Assembly: GCA_010093605.1 (NCBI GenBank)
Contig: MU004199.1
Span: forward strand, 1,054,001-1,118,000
Reading direction: 5' to 3'
From: Lophium mytilinum
Lineage: Eukaryota
Length of the DNA stretch: 64,000 nt
The notes beneath the pieces were generated by a model that searched no databases, was not told the origin of the DNA, and saw only the letters and a program-made list of their open reading frames with translations. The position numbers were made by a program, and so were the translations under genes. Of the stretch, positions 51,777 to 64,000 are shown piece after piece; positions within the stretch are counted from its first letter, which is position 1, and each line of letters begins with the position of its first letter.

Positions 51777-52200
51777 AGTGTGAATGTGACGGGCTGAGAT
51801 AGATTTAGGATGGTTTTCGTCAACATCTGGACGTGTGGATATTTATGGCAGCAGGTAGCCTCACCCGGCTCGCCACCCTGTGGATAGAAATGGGCGACGA
51901 TCACAACAGATTGTCGCGCGCTCAGACCATCGAGACCGGTGAGCGAGAATATTGGGTCATTTGACCACGAGACCGTATTCATTGAGGCTCTTATCTTGCT
52001 TTTTCGCGCGTCGCACCATTCACAAGTCGTCCAGAACACGCCTTGCATGAGACGTGGCTCGCCGCTTGCTTCCTCTGCTAATTGGTTGTTCTAACACCAG
52101 GCTGCACAGCATGTATGGGTTCTTGCAATCCCCCGCTCTCGGAATCATGAACGGCGCTTAAACAACTCAGTCACGCATAATCGCCGCTCCATTTTCGAAT

Positions 52201-54519
52201 ATGGGCATCGTCTTATTTTTGACAATACTTTCTTTCTTGATGACGGATGTCGGCTACGCTATGGACTCAGTATCGTTCTCGCTGGTCGTTCGCCTAGGCA
52301 GCATTGCCTACTACATGCATCAAATTCCGGAGGTGCTACTCCAGTACCCACTCATGATTTCGCCTTTCTAAAGCTTACAGGTCGGCTTTGAGCTTGAATC
52401 CAACCAGACGGCGGAGCCCTCTACCCTCTTCCAGGTCGCAAACGGACGGCAGCTCACAAGTACGTGGCTGCGCGAGGAAATCTCGAGATTCAGCCTGATT
52501 GACGATGTGTGGTCTAAATCTTTCCTTAAAAACATTGTCTTCGAATATTTCGACGAGGAACCCGCGATACATCAGGATATCAAACAACTGTGCGATGAAT
52601 GGGGTACACGTCGCGTTTACTCTGTGCGGCAACACAATGCAGATATGCATCACGAAGGCCCTTACTTTCTACATGCCGGAAGGCTGCATCCAGCATATCG
52701 TCTGTATCCAGACACTGCTGGGGCTTTCATGGTTGGGACGGTACCATCGGAGAAACCTTTCACGTAGGTACTCTATTTCTGATACGGATACAAAATCGAC
52801 CTCTTAGTCATGATATCTAGTTTCAAGGCGGTTGATGCTTCCGCTTACGGCGAAGAATTTCCAACTGCTTTAGCTATACCGGTTCCTTCCCGTCTGCACT
52901 TTAGCAAGAGTGCCAAACAACCGTATGCAGGGGAAAGGATTGCTCTGAAGGACATCATTGACCTTGCCGGACTCAAGACTGGAGGATCATCTCGCGCCTA
53001 TACAGAACTTCACCCTCCACGTGATACCACTGCTGAGATTGTCCAAAGTTTGCTAAGCCTTGGATTCGTGGTTGTCGGTAAGGTTAAGACCACACAATTC
53101 GCAGATTCGGAGTGGCCTACGTGCGATTGGGTTGACTACCATGCCCCTTTCAACCCCCGAGCTGATGGCTACCAAACTACTAGTGGTAGCAGCGCTGGAA
53201 GTGCAGCCGCTATTGCAACATACGACTGGCTTGATTTCGCTCTGGGCTCAGATAGTAAGATTCCATTTCCCTCCATTCGCGTAACTACGAGACTAAGCAT
53301 ACGCAGCTCTTGGAAGCATTCGAGCCCCTGCAACAGCACAAGGTATCTACGGGATGCGCCCTTCATTAGGCGCCGCAAGTTTCAACGGCGTCATTCCGTA
53401 TTCTCCGTGAGCCCTCTCCAGGTCTCTTCAGTTTCCAAAGTGCTAAACGAGACGATAGATATTTTGACACTATAGGTGCATTTGCTCGAAACGCGTCGTC
53501 TTTCGCGAGAATTTCACGGGCAATGTATGGATCGTACGACGCCCCGAAGTGTGAAAAGGTACGAATGTTTTCTACTTGTACACCGTTATCAATTTGGCCG
53601 CTAACAAAAGGCAGAAACCTACGAAACTTCTCTATCCCACAGACTACTGGCCAGTGCAAGATTCAAAGAGCCAGACGGTCTTCGAGGAGTACATCCAAAA
53701 GTTGGAAAAGTTCCTCGATGTTGAAAGAACACCGGTAGATCTAGGAAAGCTTTGGAAGGAGAGCAATCCTGCTGAGACCGATGAAAGCTTAGAAGATTAT
53801 CTCAACCACGTCTTTGAGTGGGTGGCGAACCCAGATCAATGGACTCACTTTCTCAAAGGCTTCATCGAAGAATATGAGTCGTCTTATGGCCACAAACCAT
53901 ATCTCAACCCACAATTACAATTCAAGAGGTATTTGAGGCGCTCGTGAATGCTAGTGAATCAAGGCTGACACATAAAAAGGAGCTATCTCCCCTCCACACT
54001 TGAGCCCAATCGGCAGAGAGAAGGTGTCGAATTGATGGAAACCTTCCGAAAATGGTATGAGGACAAGGTTGTGCCCGCGGCCGAGGACGGATGCTCCGAC
54101 ACTTTAATGGTCCTTCCGTGGAGCAAGGGAGAGCCAGACTATCGTGATAAATATCGAGAGTCTGCGCAAAAGTTTACTGGCGGTGGATTTTTCTTTTACA
54201 ACATTTCGCCATACGCACAGAGTCCTGAGCTCATTCTTCCAGGTAAGTGCCTTATAAATCATGAGTACGTCGACTAAGTACATTTGAAGCCGGTCGCACG
54301 CCTTTCAAGTCAAGATTGTCCGACCAGGAAGAATGGTTACCAGTTGGGCTCGGTGTCATTAGTGGCAGAGGAAGCGATGTCATGCTCGCGGACCTGATAG
54401 CCGATCTTGAATCACAGCAAAGTCAGACCGGCGATGTCGATGGAAGCAAATATGTTCCGGCCAATGAACTCAGGAACCAGGAAATACTCCGCGCAAGACC
54501 AGAAAGCGTTGAGAATTAG
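52201..54519 (+). CDS. Secreted amidase-signature family protein (many introns)
   Basis: Signal peptide, [33 protein letters not shown] and ALGSD...GSIR. Confidence 0.9.
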
Positions 54520-56005
54520 TTTCAGGCTATTCCGACACATATATCGGTCGTGCGGCAACACGGGGGCGCGTAAGCCAATTCGAAGGGGGGTGTTTTGTTG
54601 TAGGAAAAGTTAAAAGGGAAGATCTGGAAAATTTCCTCTACCATCAACGTTCTTATGTCTAGCCATACATTGAGATATGTCTACGGCTAAAGTGGCGCTC
54701 TCGGTTCATGATATTTTATCTATCACTAGAATGCTTAGCAATTTGATAGTACTTTTAGACAGAAAAAGAACGAAAAGGAAGCTCCGAGGTCTAACGGTTG
54801 ATTGACACTTTGTCATTTTCTATGTTTTACAAAAACAACGAACACATACATAATCGACCTGAAAAATCAGGTATAATAGCGTAGGCACGAATAGACGGAA
54901 CGTATGTAAGCAAACCCAACATATACACTACAATACGGAGGCTAACCATTTCTGCTCGCCCAGCGTAGTCCGACTCGACCAGCAAACCGCCAACCCATTC
55001 CGTGCACAACAGCACCATTGCGTAGGCATATAACAGGCATAATCGATCCCGTCAAATCCGCACGTATGATACGATCTGGATATATCTACACCTGCTATCC
55101 AGGCTTCCCTCGTGACGTAGATGCTGAACTCCGACACCATGGGTTGTTGATCATAGTGCAAGGCAGAAGACACGGGAAGAGCATTCATGAAAGAATTGCC
55201 GCTATTTTGTCGAAAGAGGGCATTGTTTGATTTGCTATTCATACAGCATATTCGTAAGTGGTACCTAGGAGACCAAAAATAGTCGCCATGGAGTCAACGG
55301 GCCGTATTCAGCTGCAGTAAAACGCAGGAGATATGATCTGTGTAAGGGGAACTCTCTTAGCTTTCACAAAGTCTATACTAACAGCATAACAGGAAGCTAG
55401 TAACCCATAACTATATGATGAGATTGAATAGTGAACACTTCGGAAACTTACGGATTGTTGCGAGACTATTGGCGGCCAGAAAATTCAAATGTAATAGCAT
55501 CTAGGGATACTGGTGGTACTGAAGGTTCTTATTCTACTGCGTGGAATTCTCGTTCGCCTTGAAAATGGGGTTCCCAACGGCCTTCGGCAGCATGAAGTTA
55601 TGAAATTATCTCCCTGAACAGGATTAATCTAGATAGAACATCTTGAAGAGATTAGCGTATTAAGTGGGGCATGTTGAGCTCGCTGATGAAATCAACGGGG
55701 TGGTGTTCTGGTGATGGAATTCGTAAGGCTACGCGGCTAGGAATCTGCCAAGGCCCGCCCAGTCCCGTGACTTCGCGAGACCGCGTCTCAGGAATGACTT
55801 CTTGCTCAATGTAACATTCACGCATGGGAGATAAGCGCTAGAGTATGATTTGACAAGTCTTTTGAGCCGGCTTGAACGTGACTGTATGGGTGTGCGTGAG
55901 TTTGTAACGGAGTTATTCAAGGTGGCGTCTCCTCGCGTCATTGACTCTAGAATATCTCAGCAGACTTCTTCTAACAACAACCCTTACAGCAACCATGCAT
56001 GCACA

Positions 56006-59000
56006 ATGCCCACATTACAAGGAGCGACAGTTTCGAGACAAGTTGTGAGGAAGAGGAAGAGGAAAAGCACCGAGGGTAGCCTTGCCGAAGCAGCATCGCA
56101 GCCCGCGCCGGACGAGACGGAAGCCCTGACCCCTTCCTCGAGCACGTCCACGGTCCTCACCAAGACACACGATGGTGGCAAGAAGCCTAGAAGAACACCA
56201 AAAGCAAAAGGAGATGGCTCGGCCCCGTCGCTGGTGCGGCGCACATCCTCTACAATCGTCGAATCCTCCATTCCGTGGCCAGACCAACTCACCCGACTCG
56301 CTCAAACCCACCGCGCGCTGAATCTCGTATATACCTTCTGCTGCACGCGCAAACACCTCGCGACAACTTTCGACAACATAAAGTCAACTGTAGAGGGACA
56401 CATAAAGCGGGAGCTCCTTGTGGAAGATGTAGCGCAGATCAAGGCTTTGATTCCACGGGCAATTAACTTTGTCTACGTGGACGAAGCCATGCTCCAGGTC
56501 AATCTGATGGGTTCAGAGGACAATGCAGCGGGAAGAAGAGCGAAGGAGTTCATCGTACCTGAGCCCGTCAAGCAGGAGCCCAACGAGAACAAGGAGGTGC
56601 TCCTTTTCGAGTACATTGACGGTGATCTCAAGCGACAGGTTCAGCATGCCAAGACCGGAGAGCCAACGAAGGCTACCCATAATCTACGGCAGGAGGAACT
56701 GAAGATGCCAGTATTTAGTCAAAAGCAGATGATGAATCTGATCGAGAAGCGAAATAAGAAGTTCACCTCCGCTGTTAATGGCTTCTTAAATCAATGCGCA
56801 GAGGACAACGTCGACCCGGTCAGCAGGCTTCAGGAAGAGCTGGCACTTTGCATACCGCAACCATCAGAAAGTAGAGGAGCTACCCCAGGTCCGGACCCTC
56901 GCGCTCCTTTCCCACCGACTATACCAAAGGAGCGTAAATCGGTTCCTGAAATCGTATCTGATATCAAGACCCTCGAGTGGTACACTGGTCAGATCGTTCC
57001 AGACGGGCACCGAGTGTTTGATCCCCAGCCCGCGATCTACGGCGACTTAAATTTTCAGATGTCCCAGAATCTAGTGAACGCGCTTTACAACACCCGTAAT
57101 ATTACCCAGCTGTACGCTCACCAGGCTGAAGCCATAAACAACCTGCACAATGGCCATAACGTTATTGTATCAACCTCAACGAGCTCTGGAAAGTCTCTGA
57201 TATACCAGCTGCCAGTGCTTCATCAGCTGGAGCAGGACCGTAATACTCGGGCCATGTATATTTTCCCAACCAAAGCGCTAGCCCAGGATCAGCGCCGGAG
57301 TCTCAAGGACATGCTTCGTTTCATGGAAGGCTTAGAAGATATTGTGGTTGATACTTTCGATGGCGATACGCCAATGACGGAACGAAATCTCATCCGCGAT
57401 GAGGCCAGAATCATTTTTACGAATCCAGACATGCTCCATATCACTATTCTACCACAAGAAGACAAATGGAGAATGTTTCTCCAGAACCTCAAATATGTCG
57501 TGGTTGACGAGCTACACGTTTACAACGGCCTGTTTGGGTCCCATGTTGCGTTCATTATGAGACGCCTGCGACGAGTATGCGCTGCAGTGGGAAATCGACA
57601 TGTTAAATTCATTTCATGCTCGGCTACTGTCGCGAATCCGGAAGAGCATATGAAGACCATTTTTGGTGTGGAAGAAGTCAAACTTACTGACTTCGATGGA
57701 TCGCCTTCAGGAAGAAAAGAGTTTCTTTGCTGGAACACACCCTTCAAGGACCCGGCTGATCCTACATCAGGTCGAGGTAATACAATGGAAGAGGCGGCAA
57801 AACTATTCTGCCAGCTCATTCTGCGTGGTGTCAGGGTCATTGCGTTTGCTAGAATTCGAAAGCAATGCGAGGTGCTGCTTGCTGCAGTCAAGACAGAATT
57901 GACTAATCTCGAGCGTCCAGAGGTCATGGCCAGAGTGATGTCGTATCGAGGCGGATATACTCCACAAGATAGGCGGCAGATTGAAAAGGAGATGTTCGAA
58001 GGCAAGCTCGTCGGCATCGTCGGCACTAGTGCGCTTGAACTAGGAGTAGATATAGGCTCTCTGGATGCGGTCATTACCGTTGGCTTTCCTTATACTATAT
58101 CAAATCTGCGCCAGCAAAGCGGTCGGGCTGGACGAAGGAACAAGGACTCGTTGTCTGTTCTTATTGGCGACTGCTTTCCCACCGATCAACACTACATGGT
58201 ATGTTCCCTTATTTGAATGAATGAGAGGGTCTATGTACTAACGTGCATCCCTTAGGCCAATCCGGATGAGATCTTCACAAAACCAAATTGCGAGCTCCAA
58301 GTGGATCTTGAAAATATGCTCGTACTAGAGGGCCACATTCAGTGCGCCGCTCACGAAATGCCAATCCGACCCGATGAAGACACGAAATGGTTTGGACCGC
58401 ATCTTGCTACGATCGCCAAAGAACGCATGCGAAAAGACGCTCAAGGCTTCTATCACTGCAACGAACGCTTCCTTCCCTATCCATCCCGCACCGTTGCCAT
58501 CCGCGACGCCGAAGACACGCACTTCGCGATCATCGACATTACCAACAATGCTAACACGGTGCTCGAAGAACTCGAAGCCTCTCGCGCCTTCTTCACGCTC
58601 TACGAAGGCGGCATCTTTTTGCACCAGGGCAGCACGTACCTCATTAAAGAGTTCTCACAAGACCGTATGATTGCGAAGGTGGAGCGCGTCAAAGTTGACT
58701 GGACGACGCAACAGCGCGATTTCACGGACATCGACCCCGTTGAGACGGAGGCCATCCGCAGCATCCCCGGCTCTCGCTCCCGTGCGTACTTTGGTCCCAT
58801 AAAAATCAAGCAAGTCGTTTTCGGATACTTCAAGTTAGATCGCAAGCGCCGCATCCTGGACGCCGTTGAGGTCGACAATCCTCCCATCATACTCTACAGC
58901 AAGGGCATGTGGCTTGATGTGCCTAAGCGCGCTCTGGATATTCTCAACGAACGTCGGTTGAACATTGCGGCCGCGATCCACGGCGCTGAGCACGCCGTCA

Positions 59001-59485
59001 TGTCACTCATGCCTAACTACGTAATCAGCATGCCCGGGGATGTGCGCACCGAGTGCAAAGTCGCGATCAAGGAATTTGCGCAAAAGCCAAGTGCGCGCAA
59101 GCGGCCAGCTCGGCTGACCTTCTTCGATGCCAAAGGCGGAGCCGGTGGGAGCGGAATCTCTACGAAAGCTTTTGAGTTTGTACATCTCTTGCTCAAGCAA
59201 GCTTGCGAGCGGCTACAGGAATGCCACTGCCTGGAAGGCTGCTTCGAGTGCTGTTGCAGTGAGCGCTGTAAGGACGCGAACTCGGTGATGAGTAAAGCCG
59301 GTGCCAATGTCGTGGTTATGTGCCTGCTAGGAAAGGCAGATGAGATCGATATCGATGCGCTGCCATGGGGCGAAGAGGAAAGCTCACCGGCGGGGATTGA
59401 AACGGTAATAGAGGCGGAGGAGGTTAGGCCAGGGAGGGGCGTGAGGGTTGATGATGTTGTCGTTAAGGATGAAGGCGATGTATAA
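56006..59485 (+). CDS. HRQ1: Hrq1/RecQ4-like DEAH-box helicase with DUF1998 zinc domain (intron 58199-58255)
   Basis: LYAHQ, STSSGKS, FPTKAL, VDELH, SAT, QQSGRAGRR and CHCLEGCFECC. Confidence 0.95.
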
Positions 59486-59773
59486 TCTAGTCGCCTCAAG
59501 GTGTCTTAGCACTGTCAGAGGAGCGTCAATGAATGACATGATGGATATTGTGAACGAATAATTTATATCGAATTACTGGACGAAGCATCATGTGAAGATG
59601 ACCTTTCCTACTTTGGTCTAGTCCTAAGTCACCGCCATCACCGCTGCTGATTTCTAAGCGAAATCCGAGAGCATTTTCACATCTCATTTCTGTTACAAGC
59701 ACCTTCTACTGAAAGCAAAGCTCTTATTACCAACGTCGTAAGACACGCTCTTGTCATAAGCCAGTCAGTGAAT

Positions 59774-60631
59774 ATGAGTGGGCCTCGCCCGGATTGTTGG
59801 CATGGTGTTACGGACCCCCGGGAGCGGAAACAGATACAGGACAGGCTAGCCCAAAGAGCTCGTAGTGAGTGATTTTGATATATTTCATCAAATGGCGTTC
59901 GTTTCGTCGTCACAGTACGGGTATCGACTTTTTGCATGGCAAACGCGTTCTTTCCGAGCATCGTGATAAAAGCACACATCATACTAACCATGTTCCATAT
60001 AGGGAGGCGATTACGAGAAGCCAAGGAAGCCAAGAAACAAGATAGTAGTGCTTCGAACTGTGCTACTGTAGATCATAGCTCAGCCTGTGACTGGCTCTCG
60101 GCAACATGCGATCTGGATCTAGCGACAGCAGTTGAGACCGTATCAAGACTTCAGCAATCCGCAAACCAAATACCATCCACAGACCTTTCAACCGACTTCT
60201 CTTTCGATTCCCCAAGCAAGCCTCTCGAGGAAATAGATTACCTTCCGCAACCTGCGTTCACAGCGCAACCTCCCGTTCCACTCACAGTCTTCTCCGCCAT
60301 GTTCTTGAACGGCAAAATGCTCGGCCTGAGTTGCGGTACCGTTCTACCGGGAAAGTCCAAACTCCAGCCAGTAGGTATACCATCAACTCTCCAGCCAACA
60401 GCGACACAAATTTACAACTACCACGCGCTTTTCATTGATCGCTTCCCGTTTCCTAAGATGCGCAATAACATGATCGATATGAGTCCGATCATTGATGACG
60501 AGGAGTTCTTGCAGGACCTGTTCACGATGGACAGTTTCACGATTACTCCGGGCTGTGCGAGCTGGGATCCGCGGTCGTGGCAGCTAATCAAAGGACCTTG
60601 GGCGGAGAAGTGGGGGTACTTGCTCTGTTAG
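59774..60631 (+). CDS. bZIP-like basic region plus DUF3425 domain protein
   Basis: WHGVTDPRERKQIQDRLAQRAR, then LQPT..Q....H..FIDRFPFPKMR and WDPRSW...KWGYL. Confidence 0.87.
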
Positions 60632-60783
60632 GGCGCCGAAGGATTGGAGTGAATAGGAGCAATCATGAGGGCGGAAAGGAAGAATAAGAAAAGGAAAGAG
60701 AGTTCTTATTCACTGCCAACTAGTCAACCAGAGATCACCCCCTTCTAGAGATCTTTAGCACGTCCTCAGCTCTCATCAACCCC

Positions 60784-61611
60784 TCACGCCTTCTCCTGCG
60801 CAGCCTTCTTAATCCACTCAACCACCTTCTCCGGCGCACTCGCATTCGGACAATGCCCCGTATCAATCTCATCAACCACCACCTTCTTCCCTGTCGCCTT
60901 CTCAATCCCATCAATAAACCCCTGCTGAAAGCTCGGCGGGACCGTCTTATCATTCTTACAAATCAACCACGAGATCTCGACGTCCTCGTACCCAGGATAC
61001 GTCAGCTCGCCCGCAAACGTAACCGCCGAATGATTCTCAAACTTCCGCGCCCACGCCTGCCCCTCAGCCTCAGGCAAGTCCGAGAAATTGAAAGTCGCGC
61101 TGGGCACGATGTCGTGGTACATCCAAGCGCCCTACGAAGCGGAAAACGTTAGCCGAATGCTTAGCAGCGCTCGAAAAGAAGAGGACAAACGCACATCGAT
61201 CCTGCAATAGCTGAAATCGCACCCCTCCAAAGCGGCCCCGGCGGTGCCGCCGACCAACGGCGCGAGTGCGCTCAGATACGCCAGTCGCACGATACCGCCT
61301 GCCTTCCCCGCCTGCTTTCTCTGCGTTTTCGCCAGACCTTTGATGGCTTGCGTCGCGGGAATCCCGCCGTAGGAGTGTGCGACGAGTAGGATGTCCTTGC
61401 CCTCGTCGGCAACTTTAGTCGCCGCGTCGGCGATGTAGGCGGCGTCGTCGAGCATAGTCGGAGCAGGGCCGGGCTTGCGGCCGATGGAGGGGAGGTAAAT
61501 TACGTAGGTGTCATAGCCAGCTGCGCGCAGGGAGTCAGAGATGGGAGTGTAGAAGTATGGGGGCGAGAAAGAGCCGGGGACTATAAGGATAGTCGGGTTC
61601 GTGGAAGACAT
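60784..61611 (-). CDS. Alpha/beta hydrolase (one intron)
   Basis: AHSYGG nucleophile elbow, NDKTVP acid and DTGHCP histidine. Confidence 0.9.
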
Positions 61612-62339
61612 AGCGGAAGTCAGAGCGTTGAAGTTATGATGGGAGATGGTGTTGGATGCAGTGGCTGGAGATCATAGTAATTGAAGGAAAAGAGGTCGTA
61701 TTTAACCACCTGTCTTGGTTTGTAACGGCCAAGGGCTATTTTTAATGTTTGGAGATGCTTTGCTCGTCTGTGCTTTCTCTGGTCGTCAAAATGGTCAGAA
61801 TGTGAACTATATCCTGACGTGGAGACTATTTTCTGACGCAAGGGTCCGATTCGCTCGTCTCCCCTCATCTACATCTAGCCGCTTTCCCCTATTCGTCACT
61901 AGCGCTCAATGCCGCTGACCAAGAGCGGTAGGAGTGACGCCGGACTTGGTGGGATCTTTCGGAGATGCGGTCTATCGTGACCATTTTCTGACGGTGCAGC
62001 GTTAGCAGTGCAGTAGTTTAAGGCCACTTACATTGACGACGATGAATGTGGATTAGATTAGGTTCCGAAGAAGGCCAAAGGGAGGAACAGAAGGCCACTG
62101 GGAGGATACCAAAATATTTCCAAAGATGGTTTCTTACTACAACATGAATTAAAGGTACTATTTGACAATTTTGTAAGAATCTCGTCCAATTCGTCCAAAT
62201 GTGATAAACATGTGGCCAGAAAGTAGCACAATAGGGCTGAATCCGTGCGTGTATGTATCCTGTCCAGCAGGCACCAATCCAAAGCAGTACAAACGGAAAA
62301 GGCGAAGTTAGTCATCCAAATTGAAATCAAAAAATCCTA

Positions 62340-64000
62340 TTACTCGTCATCATCTTCGTCGAAATCTGAATGAAAGGTGTTCTTGCGAGAAGGGTGTGGC
62401 GCAGACATGCCAGGTGATTGTGAGTAGTCGTACATGCCCGCACCGTGGGGGGTTTGACGAGGGTCGTAATAGTTGGAAGGAGGACCAAATTGGGCAGCAT
62501 TACCCCGTGGGGGCGAACCAAATCCTGGATTCCCTTGCTCTCGAATGGCGTTGACTCCGGAGTACTGAGGTGGAGGTCCCTGCGGGCCGCGGAAGCTGTC
62601 CTGACCACCAGAGACTCTGCGATTGCTTGCGTTGTTAGAGGTAGTAGATCGAAGCTCGGTACCTGGTTCGAGAGGAGCGCCACCAGTGAAACGCAAATGA
62701 TCTGCGCGATCTCCCCGGTCCCTTGCTCGCTCGCCCTCACTTTTTCCGCCAAGGCCAGCAGCTTCAGAGATATAGAGATCAAAGTTGGAGGATGCTACTG
62801 AGACTTTCTCAAAGTATTCAACCTTCAGGACTGGGATCGCTTTATCGATTTCTACTTCATCATTCAGTTTGCTAATGTTCGCTTGGTGTGCGTCAAAAAG
62901 AGCTAGGGCAGATGCTGTTTGGAATGCGTTGCGAATTTGCCGTCCATTCCAAGACCGATTCATTTTGCGACATTCTTGAAAGTGACGTTTCTGGTAGTCC
63001 ATGATAGCTGTTTCGTCGATGATCATTTCGGGATCGTGGGTCCGTTCAGCTCGCTCGCGATCAATTTTCCTTAGGCGGTCTAGGTTCATTCGCCAGATTG
63101 CATGCGTTTGTCGTTCGGTCAACTCTGGGTATAGCAGTGTCACGTGTATTCTGCTCTTGAAAGCTTCGTCGATAACCCCCACCCTATTCGTCGTAAGGAA
63201 AAGGATGCCAGAGTAGTATTCAAGTACGCGCAAAAACACTAACTCATTAGCACAAAGATCTCCTCGAAAGGGCTTGCTCTCAACTGACCTGAGACTAGAG
63301 CGTTACGTTTCAAATCGGTCCTGGTTCTTTGGGCCAAGAATATATCGGCTTCGTCCAATAGCAAGACGCAATCCCAAAGTTGTGCCAGGTGGAATATCTC
63401 ACGAAGAGTTCTCTCAACGTGCTCGGGGGTCTATAAAAATGATTAGTGACATGCTTAGCCCGAAGCCGTTCGATGCGAAATTACCAGGCCGAGATCACCA
63501 CAAGTGATCGGAAAGAGAGGTTTTCCTGTAGCCTCAGCGACACACTCAGCGGTACTTGTCTTACCAACTGCATACATGTGAGCTACTCTACTCGTGTGGG
63601 CACAAAGTTCGGAACGGTGTGATACATACCTCCTGGAACACCGTGGAGTAGAAAGACTAGTCCTTTTGCTTTCCCATCGACGAGATCGAAGTCAATGGAA
63701 TTGCTACGTCCAAAACTTTGCGAAACCTTCTTCTTCATGAAGTGGGTGAGGACGAGAGACTTGACCATCTTCTTATATCCTTTCAAGAGTTTGAGGTTTG
63801 CGAACCCGTCAGAATCCGCTTTGCACTTGCGAAGCTGGCTGAGCCTCAACAGAGCAAACCTTCGTTCACGAAAGACGTATGCAAGCACACGGGTTGGCAA
63901 GAGGATAAGATCTTCATCCCGAAGCTCCTGTTCTACTTCAGCGTCGTCGTCATTGAAGAATCGGCTCTCCCAGGCTTTCAAGAAGGGGTCCGATTCTACC
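62340..64000 (-). CDS. Fungal AAA+ ATPase, 3' part (gene continues beyond the window)
   Basis: LLHGVPG/VGKTSTAE Walker A split by an intron, LLDEAD Walker B, FLRVLEYYSGILFLTTNR and NGRQIRN. Confidence 0.92.

Noticed and set aside
55018..55230. 70-aa ORF upstream of HRQ1
   Set aside because: Short, with no motif or splice support.

Overview
Genomic DNA of a filamentous ascomycete, judged from short GT-AG introns with CTRAC branch sites and two AT-rich blocks bearing repeat-induced point mutation (RIP). From left to right: a RIP-degraded repeat (1-~1640); a gene-free ~6 kb stretch (~1680-7810) that is a highly diverged tandem array with a ~110-bp unit; AFG1-like ATPase and aspartate aminotransferase; a stand-alone DMATS prenyltransferase; then an accessory, immunity-like region (fasciclin, RNase H-like, membrane proteins, ankyrin-HET fusion, DUF3176-like, HeLo-like protein, membrane protein plus HSPA12-like Hsp70 pair). 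Next come a 5.25-kb RIP'd element with terminal inverted repeats, a DD34E Tc1/IS630-type transposase and two extra ORF relics; an alpha/beta hydrolase; an NB-ARC/TPR NLR; a small Cys-tailed protein; an AsaB/CmcJ-like oxygenase; an amidase; HRQ1 helicase; a bZIP-DUF3425 factor; a second hydrolase; and a partial AAA ATPase. Main leads: the cryptic array, a candidate receptor/Hsp70/HeLo-like three-gene module, a shared 3' repeat module after each gene of the transposon, and single-base disabling changes in four nearby genes. All calls come from reading motifs by eye; no database search was run.
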